Origin: Candidatus Hodarchaeum mangrovi
Lineage (GTDB): Archaea > Asgardarchaeota > Heimdallarchaeia > Hodarchaeales > Hodarchaeaceae
Direction: 5' to 3'
Assembly (NCBI GenBank): GCA_016839515.1
Contig: JAEOUE010000210.1
Location: forward strand, 1 to 33,413
DNA: 33,413 nucleotides
Below, piece by piece: positions 9,885-19,543 of the stretch. Position numbers and translations under genes: made by a program. The notes beneath the pieces are model-generated. The model did not search any database. It was not told where the DNA came from and saw nothing but the letters and a program-made list of their open reading frames with translations. Position 1 is the stretch's first letter, and the number at the start of each line of letters is the position of its first letter.

Positions 9885-10640
9885 GTGCCATATATTTCAA
9901 ATAACGGGTATAGAACATATTACTACTCTAAAGGACAAGGAAAACCTATTGTTTTTATCCACGGTTATCTAGGAAGTGCTAAGTCACATTGGGGAGACCA
10001 AATCTTTAATCCCTCTCTCCAATCACAGTTTCAATTAATTGCACCAGACCTTAGAGGATTTGGAAGATCAAACACTAAAATTGTGGAATCACATCCTACT
10101 TCAAAAATTATTCAGGATCTCAGAATTCTGTTAACTCAAGAGTTACAATTAATAGATAAGCCGATTTTAGTAGGATATAGTGTTGGAGCTGGACTAATTT
10201 TACAATATACTCTTCTATGGCCTGAAGATGTGAAAGGATTACTACTTTTAAGTCCACGTCCTTTTATCAGTGAAACTACCCGTGCATGGTCGCCCTTATC
10301 GAAAGAAAAACGTTCAGGAAAGAAGAAAAGTTCATTTAGTAGTAAAGTATGGACTATTGTGAAGATTTTACAAAACCAAATGACCTTTTTTGACACTAAG
10401 ATCAAATTAAGACGGTCGAAAGATTTTTTAACTAAAATATCAGAAATTCAACAACCAATCTTATTACTTTATGGAAACAGAGATACAGTAAATCCTAGAA
10501 TTTCATTTAATGTTCTTAGAGACTATTTACCTCCCCATGCTAAAATCGGGGTATTTCCTGCTGATCATGGAATCTCTCATGAACATCCACGTGCTTTTAA
10601 TAAGGTTCTCACTGAATTTTGCCAGTCAATATTCTCTTAA
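9885..10640 (+). CDS. Alpha/beta-fold hydrolase
   Basis: FIHG oxyanion motif, PDLRGFGRS, nucleophile elbow GYSVG, acid G.RD and His in ADHG; GTG start with GGAG RBS. Confidence 0.9.
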   Translation: MPYISNNGYRTYYYSKGQGKPIVFIHGYLGSAKSHWGDQIFNPSLQSQFQLIAPDLRGFGRSNTKIVESHPTSKIIQDLRILLTQELQLIDKPILVGYSVGAGLILQYTLLWPEDVKGLLLLSPRPFISETTRAWSPLSKEKRSGKKKSSFSSKVWTIVKILQNQMTFFDTKIKLRRSKDFLTKISEIQQPILLLYGNRDTVNPRISFNVLRDYLPPHAKIGVFPADHGISHEHPRAFNKVLTEFCQSIFS

Positions 10641-10767
10641 TTAGATTATTATTGACTTAGTATATTTTTGAAACTGATATAAGGAAGAAAACCCATCCTT
10701 CTTTGATAATTATTTCATGTACAATTAAAATTATAATTATTACATTCTAAAATATCAATATTATGAG

Positions 10768-11793
10768 TCAAACTCGTTCAAATAATTCCATTACAGCTTC
10801 AATTTTCTCAATTAATGCTATAATATAAGTCACTTTATCGTAACAATCACTTAGACAGACTATTTCTCCTGGTGTATGAGCATTTTTAATTGCTGTCAAA
10901 ATAGGTATTGTGGGTACACCTTGCTCAACAGTTCGAATAGTTGTCGCATCTGTTGCTCCAATGTTCCATACTTCCGTTTGAAGAGCAATTGAATGAGATT
11001 CAGCTAATTCTAGTAGATAATCTCGTATTTGGGTTGGAAGAACAACAGCTTTATCTGAAAGTGTTATTACAGGACCCTTCCCAATTTCAACAGGATACAT
11101 GTGATATGTAGCATCAAGAACAATAGCAATATCTGGCTTAATTGTTTGAGCAGCGGTCTTTGCCCCTCGTGCTCCAACTTCCTCCTCAACTGTCCCCACT
11201 AAATAAATATCGTGAGAAGGAGGGTGAGATACTAAATGATTTGCTAAAAGAAGTAGCTCGAAAACACCTATTCTATTATCTAATCTAGGTGAGCAGATAA
11301 TATTCTCTGATGGATCCCCAAGTAAATAGGGATTATTAAGAAAATGGACAGGATCTCCTGGACTTATGAATTTTAATTCCGTTTGAGTTCCAGTGTCAAT
11401 TTCAAATGAAGATTCTTCTCCGCTTTTTGACGCATACATAAGTCCAGTAATCATCTTTTTGGGGGTTTGAATCCCTACAAGTTGCAAATGACATGCGTTC
11501 ACGTCGTTATAACCAAATGAAACTACTTTTACCATCCCATTAGATTGTACACTGTGCACAATAAATCCACAAGTATCCATGTGAGCGGAAATCATTATCT
11601 GTTTTTTTTGGGAGGAATTCTTCTTACCTGTAATATGACAGATCACACTACCCAATCTATCTAATTTTATTGCACTATAATCACGAAATTTTGAGCACAG
11701 ATAGTTCCGTATTCGAGATTCATGACCGCTTTGGCCAGGAATAGCTATCAGATCGTTCAGTAACTCAGCTATCATTAGACAATCCCTTTTCAT
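10768..11793 (-). CDS. M42 family (TET-like) metallo-aminopeptidase
   Basis: Metal and catalytic motifs SAHMD, LDNR, VEEEVGARGA, LDAT and HTPGE; true start may be the ATG at 11775. Confidence 0.9.
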   Translation of the reverse strand: MKRDCLMIAELLNDLIAIPGQSGHESRIRNYLCSKFRDYSAIKLDRLGSVICHITGKKNSSQKKQIMISAHMDTCGFIVHSVQSNGMVKVVSFGYNDVNACHLQLVGIQTPKKMITGLMYASKSGEESSFEIDTGTQTELKFISPGDPVHFLNNPYLLGDPSENIICSPRLDNRIGVFELLLLANHLVSHPPSHDIYLVGTVEEEVGARGAKTAAQTIKPDIAIVLDATYHMYPVEIGKGPVITLSDKAVVLPTQIRDYLLELAESHSIALQTEVWNIGATDATTIRTVEQGVPTIPILTAIKNAHTPGEIVCLSDCYDKVTYIIALIEKIEAVMELFERV

Positions 11794-11994
11794 ATCTTTT
11801 ATTGGACAATTTTCTAAAAAACATTCTGATCATAAGGTTTATTCACAAAAATTATATCTGATTTTAATATAAGCCTTGAAAAATTGCATAAAGTGTTTCA
11901 ATTAAGGAATAATTACATCATATCATAAAATTAAATAAAAGGGGGACCCTGAAACAGTCTTCAGATTCACTTTAAACCAATAAACTTAATTTTA

Positions 11995-13848
11995 TTAAGG
12001 AGGTGGAGCAGTAGCAGTTACTGGTTCGGTCAATATTGCTTCTGGAGCCCAAGTGACCTCTTGATGCTTAAAGTAAGTATTATAGAGGTTGGCATATGTC
12101 CCTTCTTGGGCTAAAAGGGCCTCATGATTTCCCTCTTCGATAATTTTACCTTTTTCGAGCACAATAATACGATCTGCATTCTTAACGGTAGAAAGGCGGT
12201 GAGCAATCACAATGGAAGTTCTTCCCTTCATCAATTCTTCAAGGGATTCCTGAATGATTGACTCAGTATACGCGTCTACAGAGGATGTAGCTTCATCAAG
12301 AATTAAAATCTTAGGATCAGCGAGTAATGCTCTCGCGAAGCTAACTAGTTGTCTTTGTCCTGTACTTAACAAGCCGCCTCCTTCACCCACTTGTGTTTGC
12401 AGTCCGTCTTTTACATACTCTAATATCTCATTAACCCGAGAAATTTCTAACGTTCGTTGAAAATCTTCAGGAGACGCGTCTCGTCGTCCATACGTAATAT
12501 TCTCCTCAATAGTTCCGTTAAAGAGGAAAGGAGTTTGAAGTACAATTCCAAGATGACTACGATAGGATTTAAGTTTAATATCCCGAATGTTTATTCCATC
12601 AACGAGAATTTTCCCATTTTGAAAATCGTAAAACCGAGAAAGAATTGAAATTATTGAGGTTTTACCTGCTCCAGTTTCTCCTACAATGGCGAGCTTCTCA
12701 CCTGGATTGATAATCAAGGAGAAATTTCGTAAAACTGGAGTACCTTTAACATATTCAAAATCAATGTTTTGAAATTCGATTTTTCCTTGAATCTGATCGA
12801 CCTCTAAATCCCCTAGATCTTGAACCTCAGGTTTGCTATCGATAACCTGAAGAATTCGCTCGTAGGCTGCAAAACCTGCTTGGATTTGGGCATAGAAGTT
12901 CACTAACTGAGTAACAGGGAAAAAGAACCGATCAAGATAAGAGATGAAAACATAAAGAGTTCCTGCGGAAATACTAAAACCCAAAATTGCATTATTTCCT
13001 CCAATGAATAAGATAACTACCATGCCTATTGCTGAAAGCAAACTAACAAAGGGAAAGAAACCCATCATAGAAATTCCCCTTCGAAAACCAGCAAGGAAGT
13101 GTTTTTGATTAATCTCTTTAAATTCAGCTAGAGTTTCAGCTTCTACACCAAATGATTTGCTGACGGTAATTCCATCAACCGATTCAGCCATAGCTGCGTT
13201 AACTGAGGCATGAGCACGACGAAAACTCATACTCGTTGTCCTTGCTATTTTTCGGAAGAGAAAACTTGCAACAAGAAGAATGGGAACAACTAACGCTGAT
13301 AATACTGCTAAAGGAAGATTAATGATTGCAAGTACAATAAATACGGAAATTAAAGTTAAAAAATGACCAACTACAGTCATTACGATCGAAACTGCTCCTC
13401 CATAATCTGCTGCATCAGCTGAAACGCGGGAGTTCAAGCGTCCACTTCGATTTTGGTCAAAAAACTTCATATCTTGACGTTGAAATGCATCAAAGATATC
13501 TCCTCGGAGGGTAACCATAAAATCAGGAACTAAATTCGCGACTTGGATACTGATAATGTAGTCTCCCACCCAATTAAGGACAGAAAGTATAGTATAACCA
13601 ATTCCCCCTATTAAAAGGAAAATAAAAATAGCATTAAATGGATCCCTAACTTTTAAGGCATCAATAATAACCCCAAAGATTAATGGGCCAGCTAATCCTG
13701 TAAATGTTAAAAGAATCATAGATAAAGTTGAGATAGCTATTGGACGTTTGTACGGAGCCAGTCTCTTCCATGAACGAATGATTAATTCCTTATCAGTATA
13801 TTTTCTTTCCTGATCTTCTCTTTCTAAACCTTCAAAAATCCATCCCAT
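11995..13848 (-). CDS. ABC exporter half-transporter (TMD+NBD), TM288-like subunit
   Basis: Multi-TM N-terminal domain, Walker A GETGAGKT, signature LSTGQ, Walker B ILILDE and IAHR. Confidence 0.95.
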   Translation of the reverse strand: MGWIFEGLEREDQERKYTDKELIIRSWKRLAPYKRPIAISTLSMILLTFTGLAGPLIFGVIIDALKVRDPFNAIFIFLLIGGIGYTILSVLNWVGDYIISIQVANLVPDFMVTLRGDIFDAFQRQDMKFFDQNRSGRLNSRVSADAADYGGAVSIVMTVVGHFLTLISVFIVLAIINLPLAVLSALVVPILLVASFLFRKIARTTSMSFRRAHASVNAAMAESVDGITVSKSFGVEAETLAEFKEINQKHFLAGFRRGISMMGFFPFVSLLSAIGMVVILFIGGNNAILGFSISAGTLYVFISYLDRFFFPVTQLVNFYAQIQAGFAAYERILQVIDSKPEVQDLGDLEVDQIQGKIEFQNIDFEYVKGTPVLRNFSLIINPGEKLAIVGETGAGKTSIISILSRFYDFQNGKILVDGINIRDIKLKSYRSHLGIVLQTPFLFNGTIEENITYGRRDASPEDFQRTLEISRVNEILEYVKDGLQTQVGEGGGLLSTGQRQLVSFARALLADPKILILDEATSSVDAYTESIIQESLEELMKGRTSIVIAHRLSTVKNADRIIVLEKGKIIEEGNHEALLAQEGTYANLYNTYFKHQEVTWAPEAILTEPVTATAPPP

Positions 13849-15686
13849 TATTTTAAACCTCCTATGGCAGGTGTACTAGGACTAATTTCTTGAAGAGGAG
13901 GGAGATCGACATTCTTTCCAAATATTCGCCGATAATCAGGACTTGTGTGAATTAATCTCGAATGATGTCCACGGGCAACAATTTTTGATCCCTTGATTAC
14001 AATTACACAGTCTGCAGAGCGAATGGTTGAAAATCGATGGGTTATAACAAACGTTGTTCTTCCTTGACTTACTGTATGAATTGCTTTGACGATTTCCTCT
14101 TCTGTTTTCGAATCTACTGATGAGGTACTATCGTCTAGGATTAGAATTCTAGGATTAGTTAGAAATGTTCTTGCCAAAGCAATTCGTTGTCGTTGACCTC
14201 CTGACAATTGGCTACCCCCTTCACCTACATTTGTCTCATATCCTTTTGGTAAATCATTAACTATAAAATTATGAGCCTGTGCCATCTGAGCAGCTTTTTC
14301 TATTTCAGCTTGAGAAGCATTTCGAGCTCCAAAAGCAATATTTTCCTTAACACTTCTTGGGAATAAGTATATATCTTGCTCGATCCTTCCTATGCTTTTG
14401 CGTAGAAATTCTAATGACATTTCTTTAATATCGATTCCATCAATCGTTATTCTCCCTTTATAATCATATAATCTTAATAATAGTTTTGTTAGTGATGATT
14501 TTCCCGATCCTGTAGGTCCGACAATAGCTATAGTTTGTCCTGGTGCAATGTGTAAAGATATATTCTCTAAAATCCATTTTTTACTTGTAGGATATTTAAA
14601 TGAAACATTCTCAAATGCGATGTTTCCTTGAATTGTCTTTAGCTGTCCATTCTTTACTTCACCAATATCTTCTCCTGCTTCTTTCATTTCCATAGAAAAG
14701 ATCCGTCGTGCACCTGCCAATCCTCCGTTGAATATCGTCACTGCAAACGATATAACATAAGTGGGTCCTAGTAGTGTAAAAAGAAGCCCATTAAATGCAA
14801 CAATATTTCCTATAGTCAATTCATTGTTTGCCACAAATAATGAACCGATAAAAACTGAAAATCCTATAGCTGAAAATAATACAAGTGTTGGAAAATATCG
14901 TGCTTGGATTATTTGCCTTTTAAACCATGTTTCTCTAAAATCCAATACATATTGCATGAATTTATTTCGTTCATAGGTCTCTTCAGCAAAAGCTCTTACA
15001 ACCTCTGCTCCAGTGATATTGTCTTGAACTGCAGTCGCAATTGCTCCCCATTTACGCATAAAAGTATAACTAATCGGAGCCATTTTTTTATTATAAGCAA
15101 AGACAGCCCAAACGTACACAATAAAAAATGGCGTAGCTAAAACGATTAATTGAGGAGCATTCATTACTCCAATCACTAAGAACAAAGAAATTATTATTGA
15201 GATAAATACATCCGACATCATACTAAACCCTGGACTAATCATGCCTCCAACCTGTCCAAGGTCATTCGTTGCTAGAGCCATTAATTCTCCTGTTCTAACG
15301 GAGTCATGAAACTTCAATGGTTTATTTTGCATTGAATTAAAAAATTCTTCTCGAATTCTTCGCTGAGCTGACCATGAAAGCCATTCATTTGAAATGGTTG
15401 TGGCTAATGAGATAATGAATTGAACTAAAGCTATAATAAAAATTGTTGTAACAAAGTTTTGAAGAATTTCAATCTGTTCTTGATTAGTATAGAGATCATT
15501 GAGGTCTATTATAGCAACATCCAAAGCTTGTCCTAATAGAATGGGAATAGCTGCACGGACAAAAATTGTTAATCCAGTTCCAAATACAACTATTCCTATT
15601 ATTAACGGATTTGCTGCTAGATGACCTAAAAGCCATCTCCAAAATCCAGCTGGAGTTTCTTGTGAGGAATCAGGGACGAGTGACAT
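13848..15686 (-). CDS. ABC exporter half-transporter (TMD+NBD), TM287-like subunit
   Basis: Walker A GPTGSGKS, LSGGQ, Walker B ILILDD and ITHR; 1-nt TAATG overlap with its partner. Confidence 0.95.
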   Translation of the reverse strand: MSLVPDSSQETPAGFWRWLLGHLAANPLIIGIVVFGTGLTIFVRAAIPILLGQALDVAIIDLNDLYTNQEQIEILQNFVTTIFIIALVQFIISLATTISNEWLSWSAQRRIREEFFNSMQNKPLKFHDSVRTGELMALATNDLGQVGGMISPGFSMMSDVFISIIISLFLVIGVMNAPQLIVLATPFFIVYVWAVFAYNKKMAPISYTFMRKWGAIATAVQDNITGAEVVRAFAEETYERNKFMQYVLDFRETWFKRQIIQARYFPTLVLFSAIGFSVFIGSLFVANNELTIGNIVAFNGLLFTLLGPTYVISFAVTIFNGGLAGARRIFSMEMKEAGEDIGEVKNGQLKTIQGNIAFENVSFKYPTSKKWILENISLHIAPGQTIAIVGPTGSGKSSLTKLLLRLYDYKGRITIDGIDIKEMSLEFLRKSIGRIEQDIYLFPRSVKENIAFGARNASQAEIEKAAQMAQAHNFIVNDLPKGYETNVGEGGSQLSGGQRQRIALARTFLTNPRILILDDSTSSVDSKTEEEIVKAIHTVSQGRTTFVITHRFSTIRSADCVIVIKGSKIVARGHHSRLIHTSPDYRRIFGKNVDLPPLQEISPSTPAIGGLK

Positions 15687-16541
15687 AAAAAGATCATCCT
15701 ATTCTAGGCTTTTAAGCTTAGGTTTTCTGGTAAATTTGTTAATTATATTTTTTATATAAATTGCTTGTTTCAAATTTTTGCTTATTAAAGGAATAGAAGT
15801 TCTGTTAAGAAAAATTATATCTCTTATTATTGGGAAATTAATATTTATTTTATAAAATTAAATTTTATGGAAAACTATATTACTAAAAGTGTTATTTATT
15901 TGATAACCAATATATTTACCAAACTTTCTTCAAGAAAAAAGAGAGAAAAAGGCCTTAATTACGTTTTTTTTCTAAAATGGGGAAGTGGAAATAAGATAAG
16001 AAAGGACACAAAAATTTTAAGCTTGGAATGATGTTAACTATAGATCCATCACTCACTTTAAAAATTTCCTCAACAATAGAAACTTAGTTACGATCATTAA
16101 GAAAAGTAATAATCCAAATATATTTTCTCTCATTTATTGATTTGTATTCCCCAATCCATGTCTCAGTTTCATTACCTTCTTAGAATACGTATTAAGGGTT
16201 AAATTGGTTTTCTCTTTTAATTCTAGGTACTTGCTGGTTTCTTTGATAACAAATTATTCTCTTTAAATCCTCAATTATTTGATTATTATTTTGAAATTGG
16301 TATGAGCTAGTTAATTAAACTGAGATAATCTCCTGAAAAAATATAGCAAAAGTGCTTTATTTTCCCATTTATTGTCAAAATAGACTTATATAGCTATTTA
16401 CATACTGTTTAGGTGCTTTATTTATTAAAACATGCAATATTAATAAATTAATAAGATAATCTTGCCACCTCCTGAGGTTTTAAAAAGGTAACATAATATA
16501 ATATTTTAAGGAAAAAATTACCACAAAAGGAATAATTTGCA

Positions 16542-19442
16542 TTGACATCTTCTCCTAACGATTTTATTTACGTTCAAAATGCTCGAGTTCACAATTTAAA
16601 GAATTTAACTGTTAAAATTCCAAGAAACCAACTTGTAGTCATCACAGGCGTCAGTGGAAGCGGAAAATCAAGTCTTGCGTTCGATGTTATCTTTGCAGAA
16701 GGCCAACGAAGATATGTTGAATCCCTCAGTGCCTACGCACGACAATTCTTAGGACGAATGGAAAAACCTGATGTCGATTTAATCGAAGGATTATCACCAG
16801 CTGTTTCGATTGAACAAAAAACTACAAGCAGAAACCCACGGTCAACTGTAGGGACCCAAACTGAAATTTTTGACTACTTACGTTTATTATATGCAAATAT
16901 CGGTATTCCCCATTGTACCTCATGTGGAAAAGAATTACGAGTTCAAACACCTCAAAGTATTGTGAAAACTCTCCTTACATGGGATGAAGGAACTCGAATT
17001 AAGGTTTTAGCTCCAATTATTCGAGGTAAAAAAGGAACTCATCATACTCAATGGGAAAATCTCCAAGAAATGGGTTTTGCTCGAGTCCGTGTTGATGGAA
17101 CAGAATATGAGTTATCTGATCCACCTAAATTAGATCGATATAAGCTTCACACTATTGAAGTTGTTGTAGATCGGTTAATTATAAACTCAACTATTCGTAA
17201 GCGACTTATTGAAGCTATTGAACAGGCACTTGAGCTAGGAGAAGGAGTAGGAGTTATTACAAAACTTAATGAAGAAAGACCAGATAACGATGAGGATTTC
17301 TTCTTCTCTGAAAATTATGCATGTCCTGATTGTCAACTATCATTTGAAGAATTAAAACCACGAAATTTCAGTTTTAATTCTCCTTGGGGTCATTGTTCGA
17401 ATTGTCAAGGGTTAGGTACTACACTGAAAATTGATCCAGATTTAATTATTACTAATTCTGACCTTTCATTTCGTGAGGGAGGCATAATGGAGAAACCTAT
17501 GAAACCAGGAACTTGGAGATATGCTTATTATACTTCATTGGAAAAAGCATGGGCAGATTTTTCAGTTGACATTCCAATTAAAGATCTTCCTGAAAATGTT
17601 TTACAAAGATTACTCTATGGATCTAACCAAGCTATGAGTGTCGTTTTTGAGTCTGAAAGGAGCCGATGGGAGTCAAAAAATCATATCCACGAGGGAATTA
17701 TAAACAATATTTGGCGAAGATATCAAGAAACTAATAGTGATGCAGCAAGAAGGTATTATGAATCGTATATGCGAAGAGACATATGTGATATATGTAATGG
17801 GAAAAGATTAAGGCCAGAATCTCTTGCAGTTACTATTCTTGACAAGAACATCATAGATATTTCAGAGATGACGGTTGAAAAGTGTCAGAATTGGATAAAA
17901 GAGCTGAAAACTAAACTTTCAAAAACTGAGAAAAAAATTGCGAAGAATATCCTTCGTGAAATAAAAGCACGACTCGAGTTTCTAATCTCTGTTGGTTTAC
18001 CTTATCTGACTTTAGATAGAACATCTATGACATTAAGTGGAGGAGAATCTCAGAGAATTCGATTGGCAACTCAAATCGGATCAGCTCTTGTTGGTGTGAC
18101 ATATGTTTTAGACGAACCTAGTATTGGATTGCATTCAAGAGATCAAAATAAATTACTTCTCTCCCTCCAAAATTTAAAATCAATAGGAAATACGGTCATC
18201 TGCGTAGAGCATGATCACCAAACAATTCTAGCTGCTGACCATATCATTGATTTAGGACCAGGACCTGGAATCCATGGTGGAACTTTAGTTGCACAAGGTT
18301 CACCTGAAATGATAATGAATACCTCAGATTCTATTACTGGTTCATATTTATCTGGAAGGAAAAAAATCGAGATACCTAAATTCAGAATCATAGGAAATGG
18401 AAAAGCTATTCGCATATTTGGAGCAGCTCAGAATAACCTTAAGCATATTGATGCTGAATTTCCTTTAGGCCGTTTTATATGTATTACTGGAGTATCTGGA
18501 TCGGGAAAATCAACTTTGATGAACGATACGCTTTATAAAGGATTAATGAAATATCTACATAAATCAAAAGTAAAGGTAGGCATTCATGATAAATTTGGTG
18601 GTCTTGATTTTGTCGATAAGGTAATCAATATAGATCAAAGTCCTATTGGGAGGACTCCACGAAGTAACCCAGCTACTTATACTGGTGTTTGGGATCCTAT
18701 TCGTTCCTTATTTGCAAATGTAAAAGAAGCTAAAGTAAGAGGCTACAAACCAGGAAGATTCAGTTTCAATGTAAAAGGAGGCCGTTGTGAAACCTGTAGG
18801 GGAGGTGGCCAGATAAAAATTGAGCTTTCTTTCCTTCCTGATGTTTGGATTACATGTGATGATTGTAAGGGGAAAAGATACAATATAGAAACCTTAGAAA
18901 TCCGTTATAAAGGTAAAAATATCTTTGATATACTAACTATGACTGTTGAAGAAGGATTAACCTTTTTTGAAAACATTCCTAATATTCAACAAAAGCTTCA
19001 GACAATTGTTGATGTTGGACTTGGATATATTCAAATTGGACAACCAGCTACTACACTTAGTGGAGGGGAGGCTCAAAGAGTCAAATTAGCAAAAGAATTA
19101 TCAAAAAGATCAACTGGTCAAACGTTTTACATCTTGGATGAACCAACAACTGGATTATCAACTCACGACATTTCATATCTTCTTTCTGTTTTAAGACGGC
19201 TTGTCGAAGAAGGAAATACCGTCTGTGTTATCGAACACAATCTTGATGTCATTAAAACAAGTGATTGGATAATTGAATTAGGTCCCGAAGGGGGAGATGC
19301 TGGTGGATTGATACTTGCAACGGGAACTCCAGAAGAAATAGCTCAAGTCGATTGCCCTACTGGTCATTTCCTCAAAGAAGTTCTTAATAGCCAAAACCAT
19401 AGTTCTACAAACTCAAATTCTACAGTAAAAACCACAAATTAA
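16542..19442 (+). CDS. uvrA: Excinuclease ABC subunit A
   Basis: ARVHNLKN, two GVSGSGKS P-loops, EGQRRYVESLS, two LSGGE signatures, zinc fingers CTSC/CPDC, CSNC/CDIC and CETC/CDDC; TTG start with AAGGA RBS. Confidence 0.98.
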   Translation: MTSSPNDFIYVQNARVHNLKNLTVKIPRNQLVVITGVSGSGKSSLAFDVIFAEGQRRYVESLSAYARQFLGRMEKPDVDLIEGLSPAVSIEQKTTSRNPRSTVGTQTEIFDYLRLLYANIGIPHCTSCGKELRVQTPQSIVKTLLTWDEGTRIKVLAPIIRGKKGTHHTQWENLQEMGFARVRVDGTEYELSDPPKLDRYKLHTIEVVVDRLIINSTIRKRLIEAIEQALELGEGVGVITKLNEERPDNDEDFFFSENYACPDCQLSFEELKPRNFSFNSPWGHCSNCQGLGTTLKIDPDLIITNSDLSFREGGIMEKPMKPGTWRYAYYTSLEKAWADFSVDIPIKDLPENVLQRLLYGSNQAMSVVFESERSRWESKNHIHEGIINNIWRRYQETNSDAARRYYESYMRRDICDICNGKRLRPESLAVTILDKNIIDISEMTVEKCQNWIKELKTKLSKTEKKIAKNILREIKARLEFLISVGLPYLTLDRTSMTLSGGESQRIRLATQIGSALVGVTYVLDEPSIGLHSRDQNKLLLSLQNLKSIGNTVICVEHDHQTILAADHIIDLGPGPGIHGGTLVAQGSPEMIMNTSDSITGSYLSGRKKIEIPKFRIIGNGKAIRIFGAAQNNLKHIDAEFPLGRFICITGVSGSGKSTLMNDTLYKGLMKYLHKSKVKVGIHDKFGGLDFVDKVINIDQSPIGRTPRSNPATYTGVWDPIRSLFANVKEAKVRGYKPGRFSFNVKGGRCETCRGGGQIKIELSFLPDVWITCDDCKGKRYNIETLEIRYKGKNIFDILTMTVEEGLTFFENIPNIQQKLQTIVDVGLGYIQIGQPATTLSGGEAQRVKLAKELSKRSTGQTFYILDEPTTGLSTHDISYLLSVLRRLVEEGNTVCVIEHNLDVIKTSDWIIELGPEGGDAGGLILATGTPEEIAQVDCPTGHFLKEVLNSQNHSSTNSNSTVKTTN

Positions 19443-19543
19443 CTTATGGTTCTTTTTACTTTCAGATTACAATTATTATGAATAAAGTTCCCAATCATTT
19501 TTATTATGCTATTCAATCAAATTTAATAAATCCCTTAATCTGA

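Noticed and set aside
11949-11964. CTGAA/TTCAG hairpin after the ABC genes as a terminator
   Set aside because: The stem is only about 5 bp and could arise by chance; archaeal termination relies mainly on U-tracts.
15867-16031. 54-aa plus-strand ORF MENYITKSVIYL...
   Set aside because: It has no RBS or motif, and its composition mirrors AT-rich intergenic DNA.
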